Virus record (IMG/VR): IMGVR_UViG_3300020055_000004
Source of the DNA: a virus
Strand: one strand, 5' to 3'
Length of the DNA stretch: 64,000 bases
Part shown: one piece after another, positions 34,817 to 44,491 of the stretch
Position numbering within the stretch: position 1 is the stretch's first letter
Layout of the letters: every line of letters begins with the position of its first letter
Notes under the pieces: generated by a model
What the model was told of the DNA's origin: nothing
Databases searched by the model: none
The model's input: the letters and a program-made list of their open reading frames with translations, nothing else
Program-made: the position numbers and the translations under genes

Positions 34817-36508
34817 ATGTCATATTATTCTATGGGAGATTCTTTTAAATGGTTCATGGCTCGGGTCATCGATATTAAAGATCCCGAATCATTGGGCCGT
34901 GTAAAGATTCGAGTGATTCATGATCAAACTGGTGAACTAGGTAAAAAGACAAAAACATTTGGCATTTTAGATGACGATTTATTGTGGGCATATCCAATAT
35001 CTGCTATTCAATCTGCCAGTTTATCATGGAAAAAAGTAGTAGAGCTTGAAGAATATCCAGTGCCCGATTGGATTGATGCTGTTGGTTTATCTCCTACCGG
35101 TATAGCAGTTGGCTCGTATGCATTTGGTTTTTATTTAGATGGTCATGAAGGAAACATTCCACTCATCTTTGGTACGTATCATAAAATCTCTGCATATCCT
35201 GAACCACCTACAGATCCACAAACTGGTGAGATGCTGCAAATCAAACCACCGGAAGAAGATAAACCATATTATGATGTTGCTGCTTTAGCTAAAGGATTCT
35301 TATTCGATCCTGAAGCTGAGGAAACGCGGCCTGGTCAAACATTACCAAAAGAACCATATTCTATAAGCTCGTTATGGAAAGAGAACGAGACCGATCTGGC
35401 ACCGGTTGATGAGTTTGTAACAGCATATAATGCAGAATATCCATATAATTTGACTTATACAACAAAAGCCGGACATGCCATTGAATTGGATGATACCATT
35501 GGTGCAGAAAGAATTCATATCTGGCATAAATCAGGTAGCTATGAAGAAATATCATCGGGTACTAATCCAACAATCGATGATGATGATTCTAAGGAATGGC
35601 CACTCGATGGCCCAGTAGGATATAGCTATAAAACGGCAGGCGGTGTAGATGAGAATGAATATGATGGTCGACGTAATCGAAAGACAATGGATTCATTTTT
35701 TGATACAGTAATTAAAGATAAGAACGAACTTACTTTACGTGATCATAATACCGAGGTTGCTAATACCGAATCAATAAAAATTGGCAACACACAATTTGTA
35801 ACTATAGGTCATAAAGTATGGCCAGGCAATCGTATTAATGATAATGGCGAGACTGATTATGAGGGCGGTGGTCTTGCTGAATTAAATTCATATTTTGATG
35901 TAGCTAATAATACATCAGTCACAACTGGTAATAATTATCTTTTGCAAGTAGGATATGTTCCTGATGCAGAACGTAGATTCAGAGATACAGGTGATCCTAT
36001 CGATGAATTTAATTATCTGGTTGATGTGGCAAATAATGTTGAATGGACATCGGGTAATAATTTTAATCTCGCTATAGGATATGGACATAAAGGTGAAAGA
36101 GACTTATTAAAAGAAGATGAATTTAATCTGATTATTGATACTGCTAATAATTCAGTATATACATCTGCAAACAATTCTCAAAGATGGGTTGGATATGGTA
36201 AAAGCTCGCGAGTACAATTAGGAGAATTTGAAGATAGAACAGATGTTGCAAATAATCAGTATTTAAACGTAGGTAATAATCAAATAATTACAATTGCCAA
36301 TAATCAGAATGTTTCTGTTGGTGCAAATTGTGTGGTAGCTATAGCTGATAACTGTACAGTGACTATTGGTCAAAATTGTAGTATTACTGTTGGAGGCAAT
36401 GCTACGATTTCAGTGTCTGGTACTATGGATATGAATTCAGGTGGTGCTATGAATATTAGTAGTGGAGCATCTATAACGATGTCCGCACCAACGATTGATA
36501 TCAACTAA
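34817..36508 (+). CDS. 5: Baseplate central spike gp5 (OB-fold and beta-helix; no lysozyme domain seen)
   Basis: DPESLGRVKIR, YPYN..TT.AGH.IELDDT.GAERIH..HKSG; C-terminal beta-helix repeats ending IDIN. Confidence 0.88.
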   Translation: MSYYSMGDSFKWFMARVIDIKDPESLGRVKIRVIHDQTGELGKKTKTFGILDDDLLWAYPISAIQSASLSWKKVVELEEYPVPDWIDAVGLSPTGIAVGSYAFGFYLDGHEGNIPLIFGTYHKISAYPEPPTDPQTGEMLQIKPPEEDKPYYDVAALAKGFLFDPEAEETRPGQTLPKEPYSISSLWKENETDLAPVDEFVTAYNAEYPYNLTYTTKAGHAIELDDTIGAERIHIWHKSGSYEEISSGTNPTIDDDDSKEWPLDGPVGYSYKTAGGVDENEYDGRRNRKTMDSFFDTVIKDKNELTLRDHNTEVANTESIKIGNTQFVTIGHKVWPGNRINDNGETDYEGGGLAELNSYFDVANNTSVTTGNNYLLQVGYVPDAERRFRDTGDPIDEFNYLVDVANNVEWTSGNNFNLAIGYGHKGERDLLKEDEFNLIIDTANNSVYTSANNSQRWVGYGKSSRVQLGEFEDRTDVANNQYLNVGNNQIITIANNQNVSVGANCVVAIADNCTVTIGQNCSITVGGNATISVSGTMDMNSGGAMNISSGASITMSAPTIDIN

Positions 36509-36795
36509 TGCCAGCTGCAGCAAGAAAAGATGATGCGATCGCATGTGGTTCTAAGATCAATGCGGGTTCTGGTAACGTTAATATAAATGGTAAAGCTGCA
36601 GCCAGAAAAGGTGATGCATGTGTTGAACCGGGTTTTTCTGACCATGTTATAGATGAGGGATCAGGCACAGTAAACATTAATGGTAAAAAAGCAGCGCGTG
36701 TCGGTGATAAGGTTACGACTCATACGAAGTCTCCACCTGAACACGTTACACCAGCAATTAGTGCTGGTTCTGGTAATGTAAATATAGGCGGATAA
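36508..36795 (+). CDS. PAAR spike-tip protein (gp5.4-like)
   Basis: PAAARKDD, KAAARKGD and KKAARVGD repeats; GSGNVNIG. Confidence 0.92.
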   Translation: MPAAARKDDAIACGSKINAGSGNVNINGKAAARKGDACVEPGFSDHVIDEGSGTVNINGKKAARVGDKVTTHTKSPPEHVTPAISAGSGNVNIGG

Positions 36796-36821
36796 ATAAG
36801 AAAAATAAGTAGGACACTTAT

Positions 36822-37256
36822 ATGGGCGTCAGAGTAGCAAAACAAAATGAAGAGTATAAATTATCAGGTCGGGTAGATGATATCTATTCCGATTTTAATC
36901 ATACTTTTCGAGCACACCCAAACACTGGTCAAATCGTAAGAAAAACGAATGTTGATGCAGTGAAATTGGCTTTGCGCAATTTGATTTTGACTAATAAATA
37001 TGAGAGACTACGCAATCCTCGTTATGGTGGAAATATACGACGATATCTGTTTGAAACAATTGAACCGCGTATTGAATCAGAGATTGCGCAAGAAATTGAA
37101 TATATGGTTCGAAATTATGAACCACGAGTTCAGTTAGTAGAGACAAAAGTAAAAGCATCGGAAGAAGATCAAGCTGTTTACGTAAGATTAATATTTTATA
37201 CAGTAAGCGCTAAAGATCAACAAGAAATTGATTTAGTATTGTATAAGGTAAGATAA
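36822..37256 (+). CDS. 25: Baseplate wedge subunit gp25
   Basis: YSDF, NLILTNKYER..P.YG, YEPRV motifs. Confidence 0.92.
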   Translation: MGVRVAKQNEEYKLSGRVDDIYSDFNHTFRAHPNTGQIVRKTNVDAVKLALRNLILTNKYERLRNPRYGGNIRRYLFETIEPRIESEIAQEIEYMVRNYEPRVQLVETKVKASEEDQAVYVRLIFYTVSAKDQQEIDLVLYKVR

Positions 37257-37399
37257 TGGCAAAAACAAAAGCGGGCTTCGGTGTAGCCGTACATGAAAGA
37301 ACACCAAAAAGCACTTCTATTGGTAGAGGTAAAATCAAAATGTCGTCCATGAATAAAAAGAAGAAAGCGTCTTATAAAAAATATAGAGGACAAGGCTAA
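37256..37399 (+). CDS. Small basic conserved protein (47 aa, ...KKYRGQG; not in ORF track)
   Basis: TAATG couplings at both ends; MAKTKAGFG...SSMNKKKKASYKKYRGQG*. Confidence 0.75.
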   Translation: MAKTKAGFGVAVHERTPKSTSIGRGKIKMSSMNKKKKASYKKYRGQG

Positions 37400-39198
37400 T
37401 GGCCACTAGTAACGATCTAACATCATTAGATTTCGATTCGATCAAGGAAAACTTGAAGACTTATATGAAGTCTCAAGATATTTTTCAAGATTATGATTTC
37501 GATGGATCTAATCTTAATGTGCTGCTCGATGTGTTATCATATAATACGTATTTAAACGCTTTCTATTTAAATATGATTAGTAACGAAATGTTTCTCGATA
37601 CAGCATTATTGAAAGACTCTATTATTTCGCATGTAAAAGAATTGAATTATATCCCTCGATCATTTCGATCTGCCGTTGCCGAAGTTAATATTACATTAGT
37701 CGATTCATCTGATGATGCTACTATTCTTTTACCTCGAGGTACTACATTTACCGGCACATCAGGTAATCGAAATTTTACTTTTACTTTAGCAGAAAATGTA
37801 CAAGCTATTAGTACTAATGTAAATAATGAATTCGTCGCTTCTAATGTAATTATTCATGAAGGAGATTATGTAAGTGATTCATATGTTTCGAATGACTTAA
37901 GTCCAGTCAGATATGTAATTAAAAATAAAACCGTTGATACTAATAGTATTCGCGTAACTGTAATTGAAGATAATGGTGCTGTTGTAATTAATTATACTAT
38001 TAGAGATAGTCTTTTTGGTATTGATTCGACAGATACGGTATTTTTCTTACAAGCTATGGAAAACGATACTTATGAAATTTTATTTGGGGATGGTGTAATT
38101 GGCCGGCCGCCTAAAAACAATTCAATTGTTTTAATTGAATATCGAACATCTAATGGTGAATTGCCAAATGGTATTGCAACATTTGTAGCAGATGACGATA
38201 TTGGAACGGCTACAGTTACTAAAATCGAAACATTATCAAAGGCATCAGGTGGTTCAATTCCGGAATCACTGTCATCAATTAAATTTAATGCGCCGCGCGC
38301 CTTTACAACTCAAGAACGTGTAGTAACGGCGGGTGATTATTCAACATTATTAAAAGCAAATTTTTCAGAAATAAATGATGTACTCGCCTATGGTGGAGAA
38401 GAATTTACACCACCACAGTTTGGTAAAGTTATTGTAGCAGTAGATTTAAATAATACAGATGAATTACCACAAACTTTTAAAGATAAGTATTATGATTTCA
38501 TTAAACCTAGAAGTCCTCTATCTATCGATCCAATATTTGTAAAACCTGAATACACATATGTGAGTGTAAAAACAAACGTTAAATATGATATTGGTCAAAC
38601 ATCTTTGAATGTTGACGATATTCGCAGTCTTACTATTTCTGCTGTACAACAGTATAATGATGAATTTTTAAATGGCTTTGGTAAAACATTACGTTTTAGT
38701 AAATTAACTGCTGCTATCGATGATGTACAACCTGCCATTATTAGTAATGATACAACAGTTGTTGCTACTAAGTTTATTCCATATGATGAGAATAGACAAA
38801 ACTATACGTTAGATTTTTCTATGCAAATTGAAGATAATCGTGGACAGAAACGAGGTAGGCATGCTTCAAAACAATTGTCAGCTGTTTATAGTTCAGCATT
38901 CCAATTCCAAGGCGATGAGTCTTTCATAGAAGATGATGGTGAAGGCAATTTGTGGGTTGTAAGAAACGTAACAGATAATGATGATATTATTGAACATGAA
39001 CAAGTCGCTAAAATTGGTTCTGTAGATTATACTCAAGGTTTAATTATTATTGAAAACTTTGCTTCATCACAAGTATATGGTGGTAATTTAAAGATTTCAG
39101 TTATACCAAAAGATAGCGATATCGAAGCACAGAAGAGATCTATTCTTCGTGTTCTCGACGAAGATATTGTAGTTAACGTGCAACAGGTTCGAATCTAA
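37399..39198 (+). CDS. 6: Baseplate wedge subunit gp6
   Basis: LDFDSIKENLK..DYDFDGS, E.FLDTA, FGDGVIG and IKFNAP...QERVVT.DY motifs. Confidence 0.93.
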   Translation: MATSNDLTSLDFDSIKENLKTYMKSQDIFQDYDFDGSNLNVLLDVLSYNTYLNAFYLNMISNEMFLDTALLKDSIISHVKELNYIPRSFRSAVAEVNITLVDSSDDATILLPRGTTFTGTSGNRNFTFTLAENVQAISTNVNNEFVASNVIIHEGDYVSDSYVSNDLSPVRYVIKNKTVDTNSIRVTVIEDNGAVVINYTIRDSLFGIDSTDTVFFLQAMENDTYEILFGDGVIGRPPKNNSIVLIEYRTSNGELPNGIATFVADDDIGTATVTKIETLSKASGGSIPESLSSIKFNAPRAFTTQERVVTAGDYSTLLKANFSEINDVLAYGGEEFTPPQFGKVIVAVDLNNTDELPQTFKDKYYDFIKPRSPLSIDPIFVKPEYTYVSVKTNVKYDIGQTSLNVDDIRSLTISAVQQYNDEFLNGFGKTLRFSKLTAAIDDVQPAIISNDTTVVATKFIPYDENRQNYTLDFSMQIEDNRGQKRGRHASKQLSAVYSSAFQFQGDESFIEDDGEGNLWVVRNVTDNDDIIEHEQVAKIGSVDYTQGLIIIENFASSQVYGGNLKISVIPKDSDIEAQKRSILRVLDEDIVVNVQQVRI

Positions 39199-42100
39199 TG
39201 GCTATAGATTTTACAAAAAATATAAGCAATCTTGTCGCTGATCAATTTCCTGCGTTTTATCAGGAAGAAGGCGAAATGTTTATTGCTTTTGTAAAAGCAT
39301 ATTATGAATGGATGGAAACTGAAGGTCAGGTTCTGTATGGTGCACGAAGATTATCAGAATTTAGAGACATCGATAAAACTGTCGATGATTTTATTCTACG
39401 ATTTAAAAACAAATATCTAGCAAACATTCAATTTAACGTTGCAACTAACAAGCAGTTATTCATCAAAAATGCTTTGGAATTTTATCGAGCCAAGGGTTCT
39501 GAGCGCGCCGTTGATTTATTCTTCAAACTCGTATATGGATTAGAAGCACGAGTTTATTATCCCGGTGATGATCTATTTAAATTATCTGATAACACTTGGC
39601 AGAATGAACGCTATCTTGAAGTCATTCCAAATAGAGATAACTTAAATTTTGTAGGACAGCAAGTATTTGGAGCAATCTCCGGTGCGACGGCTTTTGTAGA
39701 AAGATTAGTGCGAGTAAAAAAAGGCTCGCAAATGATAGAAGTTTTATATCTATCTGGTTTAAATGGAGATTTTCAAACAGCAGAAAATGTTATCACTCGA
39801 AATTTAGGTGATAATAATGTAACAGCTCGAATAAATGGCTCACTTACAAGCTTTGAGATTTTAACTTCTAGTGGCGGATTTGATGTAGGTGAACAGGTAT
39901 ATGTTGTAGATGGTCGAGGAAAGAAAGCAAGAGCCTTCGTAAAACAAACCACTGACTATGTAGGTATCGTAGAATTTAAACTTATCGACGGTGGTTGGGG
40001 ATATTCTAACGAAGCACAAATTATTGGTTCAGAAAGATCATTCAGATTTGATAATATAACATTTGAAGACACAGATTATTTTTATCATACAGATTTAGAA
40101 AGACAATTTCAATTAGTTACACAAGACTTGGCTCTTATCGACTTAGATCCAAATTCTGTTAATACTGAAACAGCATTCCAATTGAGTATTGGTACAAAAA
40201 TATATGCATATGAGAATAATGATCCATCAACCTATCCAACACCTTTATTTGAAGCAAAAATTGTAGAAAAAAACTCTACTTCTAATACAATGGTAATTAA
40301 TTATATTGAAGCAGATTATATCGATGCGAATGGTGATATTATTTTAGATTCGAATAATAATATTGAATTATTCGGTAATACTGTCACAGAATTCTATACA
40401 TCGACAGATTCAGCTGGTACAGGCGGTGCAAACACAGATCTGACAATAAACATTGATAGTAATGCGGCTGCTATCACAGATGTAAAAGCACAAGCAAATA
40501 TTATTGCATGGGGTGATACTTTTACAATTGAATATACTGGCGGAAATTTAAATGCTGGTGATGTATTATATCAACACGAAGATATAGCAGAACAAAGATA
40601 TAGTTATTATAGTGTAGCAAATACATACGCAATTGTTGATGACGGAAGTCAAAAACAATATGCTAATGTAAAACGCAGTGTAGGTTTTCCGCGAACTAAT
40701 AGAATATCATATCGCGAAACTGATGGGCTTGAAATTAGTATTGTTGATATTTCAAATGTAGAAGCCGGTGCTATTAGTTTTGGTAATGACTTAGTTAATC
40801 AGACTCCATTTAAAGATTTTGCAAATACATACAGTTCGAACACTGGTTTTCATTCTGCAAAAAACGATAGCTTTACATATACTCAGGCGGCCATATTTCA
40901 AATAGATGAAAGATCTGAATTGCAAGGTTTAACACAATGGGCATCTGGCGAAGTCATTAATACCGAAGCAAATCAAATTATTCATGGTGGTTCAGCATCG
41001 GCTAATTTGACAGTCGCAATCGATTATGTCAATGAAAATGGACTAGGCAGTGTTGACTTTGCTAATACTACACTTGCAGATGCTTTGTCGATTGATACCA
41101 ATTTACAAAAAGAATACGGTTCAATACAGGCGATTGTAACCACGGCACAAGGTCGAGAATACTCACGTGACCCATTCTTTATTGTATATGAACCTGATTT
41201 TTATCATTGGGACCGATATGATTTTTATATCAAATATAAGTTAGAACCACAAGTAAAAGCTTTTCGAATCGGTGAAAATATTGTTACACTAAACGGAAAT
41301 CCAGAAGCAAAAGCTCGTATATACGAACATAACCCAACAACCGGTGAAATTAAAGCCCGTCGAATTAAAGTATCTGATTATGATGATGTTAGAAATATTA
41401 GTTTGATTACCGGTAATAGTGGTAGTGGTACTGTTACAGTAACTGTTACTGCTAAACATACTATAGAAGATGGTGATGTAGTTTCGATTACAAATACAAC
41501 CAATTTTAATGTTGCTGATGTGGTAGCTACGAAGATAGATGAGTTTACATTCGAATATGCAGCAACCATTGTAGCTGCAGATGAAACAACTGGTAACATA
41601 ACTGGTAATATTGAAGATCACGTTTGGTTAAGTGATGACTTTAGAATTGGTGATACAATTACTGGTGAACAATCAGACGTCTCAGCTGATATTGAAGTTG
41701 TAGATGAAATGCGAATGCAACCTCGCACGGGTTTAAATGCAGACGTCGACGCTAGAGCATTTAGTGGTAGTGGTTTTGCGACTGAGATCGAAGTATTAGA
41801 TTCTGGTTTTGGTTACTTTGGTAAAAGATATGCTGCAGGCGTATTAACAGAACAAGCTAATAGACCTGCGATTCCTGGCGAAACTTTAAATTTAAAATCG
41901 GCTGTTGACGAAGATAGAACTATTCAAGCTTATGGTTTCCTTGGTAAACAAGGTGTAGCTCCGGGTGTACATCCAAATCGAAAATCATTTTTAAGTGAAG
42001 ACAAATATCTAGCTGATAATGATTTCTATCAAGAATATTCTTATCAGGTATTAACAGCCTTGCCGTTCGATAAATATAAACAAACGTTGATCGATGTGTT

Positions 42101-42254
42101 ACATGTTGCCGGCACAAAACCATTTGGTGGTTATGTAGGAACATCTATATCAAATTTAAATATTCAGACGTCGACTTCGATGGCTCAATATACAATTAAG
42201 CAATTCCCGATGTTTGTTAATGATCAGTCCTTCTTTACACATACGGCGACATAA
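39198..42254 (+). CDS. 7: Baseplate wedge initiator gp7-like
   Basis: QFPAF...FVKAYYEWME, FYRAKGS, DNDFYQEYSY...LHVAGTK motifs. Confidence 0.82.
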   Translation: MAIDFTKNISNLVADQFPAFYQEEGEMFIAFVKAYYEWMETEGQVLYGARRLSEFRDIDKTVDDFILRFKNKYLANIQFNVATNKQLFIKNALEFYRAKGSERAVDLFFKLVYGLEARVYYPGDDLFKLSDNTWQNERYLEVIPNRDNLNFVGQQVFGAISGATAFVERLVRVKKGSQMIEVLYLSGLNGDFQTAENVITRNLGDNNVTARINGSLTSFEILTSSGGFDVGEQVYVVDGRGKKARAFVKQTTDYVGIVEFKLIDGGWGYSNEAQIIGSERSFRFDNITFEDTDYFYHTDLERQFQLVTQDLALIDLDPNSVNTETAFQLSIGTKIYAYENNDPSTYPTPLFEAKIVEKNSTSNTMVINYIEADYIDANGDIILDSNNNIELFGNTVTEFYTSTDSAGTGGANTDLTINIDSNAAAITDVKAQANIIAWGDTFTIEYTGGNLNAGDVLYQHEDIAEQRYSYYSVANTYAIVDDGSQKQYANVKRSVGFPRTNRISYRETDGLEISIVDISNVEAGAISFGNDLVNQTPFKDFANTYSSNTGFHSAKNDSFTYTQAAIFQIDERSELQGLTQWASGEVINTEANQIIHGGSASANLTVAIDYVNENGLGSVDFANTTLADALSIDTNLQKEYGSIQAIVTTAQGREYSRDPFFIVYEPDFYHWDRYDFYIKYKLEPQVKAFRIGENIVTLNGNPEAKARIYEHNPTTGEIKARRIKVSDYDDVRNISLITGNSGSGTVTVTVTAKHTIEDGDVVSITNTTNFNVADVVATKIDEFTFEYAATIVAADETTGNITGNIEDHVWLSDDFRIGDTITGEQSDVSADIEVVDEMRMQPRTGLNADVDARAFSGSGFATEIEVLDSGFGYFGKRYAAGVLTEQANRPAIPGETLNLKSAVDEDRTIQAYGFLGKQGVAPGVHPNRKSFLSEDKYLADNDFYQEYSYQVLTALPFDKYKQTLIDVLHVAGTKPFGGYVGTSISNLNIQTSTSMAQYTIKQFPMFVNDQSFFTHTAT

Positions 42255-42280
42255 ATATAAATTTAGGATTAAAATAAGTC

Positions 42281-44488
42281 ATGGCAAAGACACTCATACC
42301 ATCAGAATTTAAGACTCATATAATTGATCAGCTGATCGAGTCTGTTACTGAATCTGCAAATACAGTTTATTATGCATTTATCGGTGATCATATCGCTGCA
42401 GGTGCAACTGAGGAAGAAGTTGATCAGCCTGTTCAAAACTATAATTCAATTCAAATACAAACATATCGAAATATGTTAATTGGTAAAAGAATGAGTTTTG
42501 ATGATATTAAATTTATGATTCCTCGTTATGACTGGGAAACAGGTACAGTATATGAAATGTATGATGATACTGTAACTAATCTACTCGACAAAAATTTCTT
42601 TGTATGTGTTGATGAGAATGCATATAAGCATGTTTACAAATGTCTCTATAATGCCAATGGCGCACAAAGTACATCCAAGCCATTATTTAAAGATGCACAG
42701 TACGATGCAGAATTATATGAAGAAGGCGATGCATATTATGAAACAACAGATGGTTATCAATGGAAATATATGTATTCTATTGATTCGCGTACTTTTTCTA
42801 AGTTTGCTACTCAAAAATATATTCCAGTAACAGCTAATACTACTATTGAAGCCAATGCAAGTGAGGGATCGATCGACGTAATTAGAGTTATATCTACTGG
42901 AAAAAACTATAGAAATTCAAAATCGGGTCAATTCATTGCTGAAGATTTTAATCGTATTACAACCACGATTGCCGATGGAGCAGGCATTGCTGATCCGACT
43001 CTATGGTATCGTATTCGCGAAGCTTCGCAGGTAGAAAATTTCTATGCCAACACTGTGATGTATCTTACGAGTGGCACTGGCTCCGGAGAATATAGATCAG
43101 TTGTACAATCTAAATATGTTACAGGCGTTGGAGTTGTTGTAAAAATCGAACAGCAATGGACACTAGCACCTGATGATACTACTACATATGAACTATCACC
43201 AGAAGTTAGAATTACCGGAAATGGTGATGAATCAGTAAAAGCCATTGCACGTGCCGTGATTAATACTGCAGCTGCAGATAGTATTGATCGAATCGAAATG
43301 TTAGAAAATGGAAGAGGATATACATACGCAGTAGCCGATGTCTTAATTGGTGCACCTGCAGATGAAGATCTCGAACAATCGGGTGTGTTAATTGAAACTA
43401 CACCTGCACAACTTAGACCAATTATTTCTCCTCAAGGTGGCCACGGCGCAAATACTGCAGTTGAATTGGGTGCTAAACATCTAGCGATGTACATGAAATT
43501 TAATAGAGACGAAACTGGTTTGATTGCAACAGAAAATACGTTTGGTCAATTTGGAATCGTAAGAGATCCAATGTATGCAAACGTTGAAATATATTATACA
43601 TCTCCCACTGGTATTTTTATTGAAGATGAAGCCGTCGAACAATTTATACCATTAAAATTAAATGGAACGTTTAATGCAAACACTACATTGCAAGATGGAA
43701 AATTTGTGCAAAGAACAGACGGATTAGAAGATAATTACGCTGAATTTTTTGACACAGGCGATAAGATCTATATAAAGAATGCAGATAATACTGATCAAGT
43801 TTTTATGACAGAAGTTGCAGTGGGTTCAAATACTACCGCGATTTCATTGAAAGATGAAATCGCTTTTCTTGTTGATGGATTTGATTTTAATGTTGAAGTC
43901 TTTAGGTCTAAAACAGTTGCAACTGCAAAAATTACAAACACAAATCCACCTGTAGCATCACCGGGTGCTACTGCGTTCTTATGTGATAAGGTAGAACCTA
44001 ATTTTGTGGTCGGCGAATTAGTATATGGTAGAACATCGCGAGTCGTAGCAGAAGTCACTGGTATTGATATAAATAATAGGATTAATAGTAGTACTGCAAC
44101 ATTTAACTTTGCTGATTACAATCAAATGTTAAAAATTCAAGGTACTACTACTGATACACTAGAATATAATGAAAAAGTAAGACAAGTACCTTTTAATACT
44201 GCTGAAATTCAAGGTGCTTCTCCCATCGATGCAACTGGATTTATACATTCGTGGACAAGCGATCAAATAAATCTAACAAGAGTCGAAGGTGATTTTCAAT
44301 CCGGAGGAAATGAAATTACTGGAGACAACAGTGGTGCAGTTTTTGAACGAGTGCCAGGTGATAACTTCGATATCACATACGGAGATCTAGATCCAAATGA
44401 AGGATCGATCATATATATACAAAATGATATACCTGTTTCCAGAGAACAGAATCAATCAGAAGAAATTCGAGTAATCTTGGAGTTTTAA
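42281..44488 (+). CDS. 8: Baseplate wedge subunit gp8-like
   Basis: PRYDW.TG, VYKCLYN, DGYQWKYMY, SPQGGHG; C-terminal Q.EEIRVILEF. Confidence 0.88.
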   Translation: MAKTLIPSEFKTHIIDQLIESVTESANTVYYAFIGDHIAAGATEEEVDQPVQNYNSIQIQTYRNMLIGKRMSFDDIKFMIPRYDWETGTVYEMYDDTVTNLLDKNFFVCVDENAYKHVYKCLYNANGAQSTSKPLFKDAQYDAELYEEGDAYYETTDGYQWKYMYSIDSRTFSKFATQKYIPVTANTTIEANASEGSIDVIRVISTGKNYRNSKSGQFIAEDFNRITTTIADGAGIADPTLWYRIREASQVENFYANTVMYLTSGTGSGEYRSVVQSKYVTGVGVVVKIEQQWTLAPDDTTTYELSPEVRITGNGDESVKAIARAVINTAAADSIDRIEMLENGRGYTYAVADVLIGAPADEDLEQSGVLIETTPAQLRPIISPQGGHGANTAVELGAKHLAMYMKFNRDETGLIATENTFGQFGIVRDPMYANVEIYYTSPTGIFIEDEAVEQFIPLKLNGTFNANTTLQDGKFVQRTDGLEDNYAEFFDTGDKIYIKNADNTDQVFMTEVAVGSNTTAISLKDEIAFLVDGFDFNVEVFRSKTVATAKITNTNPPVASPGATAFLCDKVEPNFVVGELVYGRTSRVVAEVTGIDINNRINSSTATFNFADYNQMLKIQGTTTDTLEYNEKVRQVPFNTAEIQGASPIDATGFIHSWTSDQINLTRVEGDFQSGGNEITGDNSGAVFERVPGDNFDITYGDLDPNEGSIIYIQNDIPVSREQNQSEEIRVILEF

Positions 44489-44491
44489 TCA

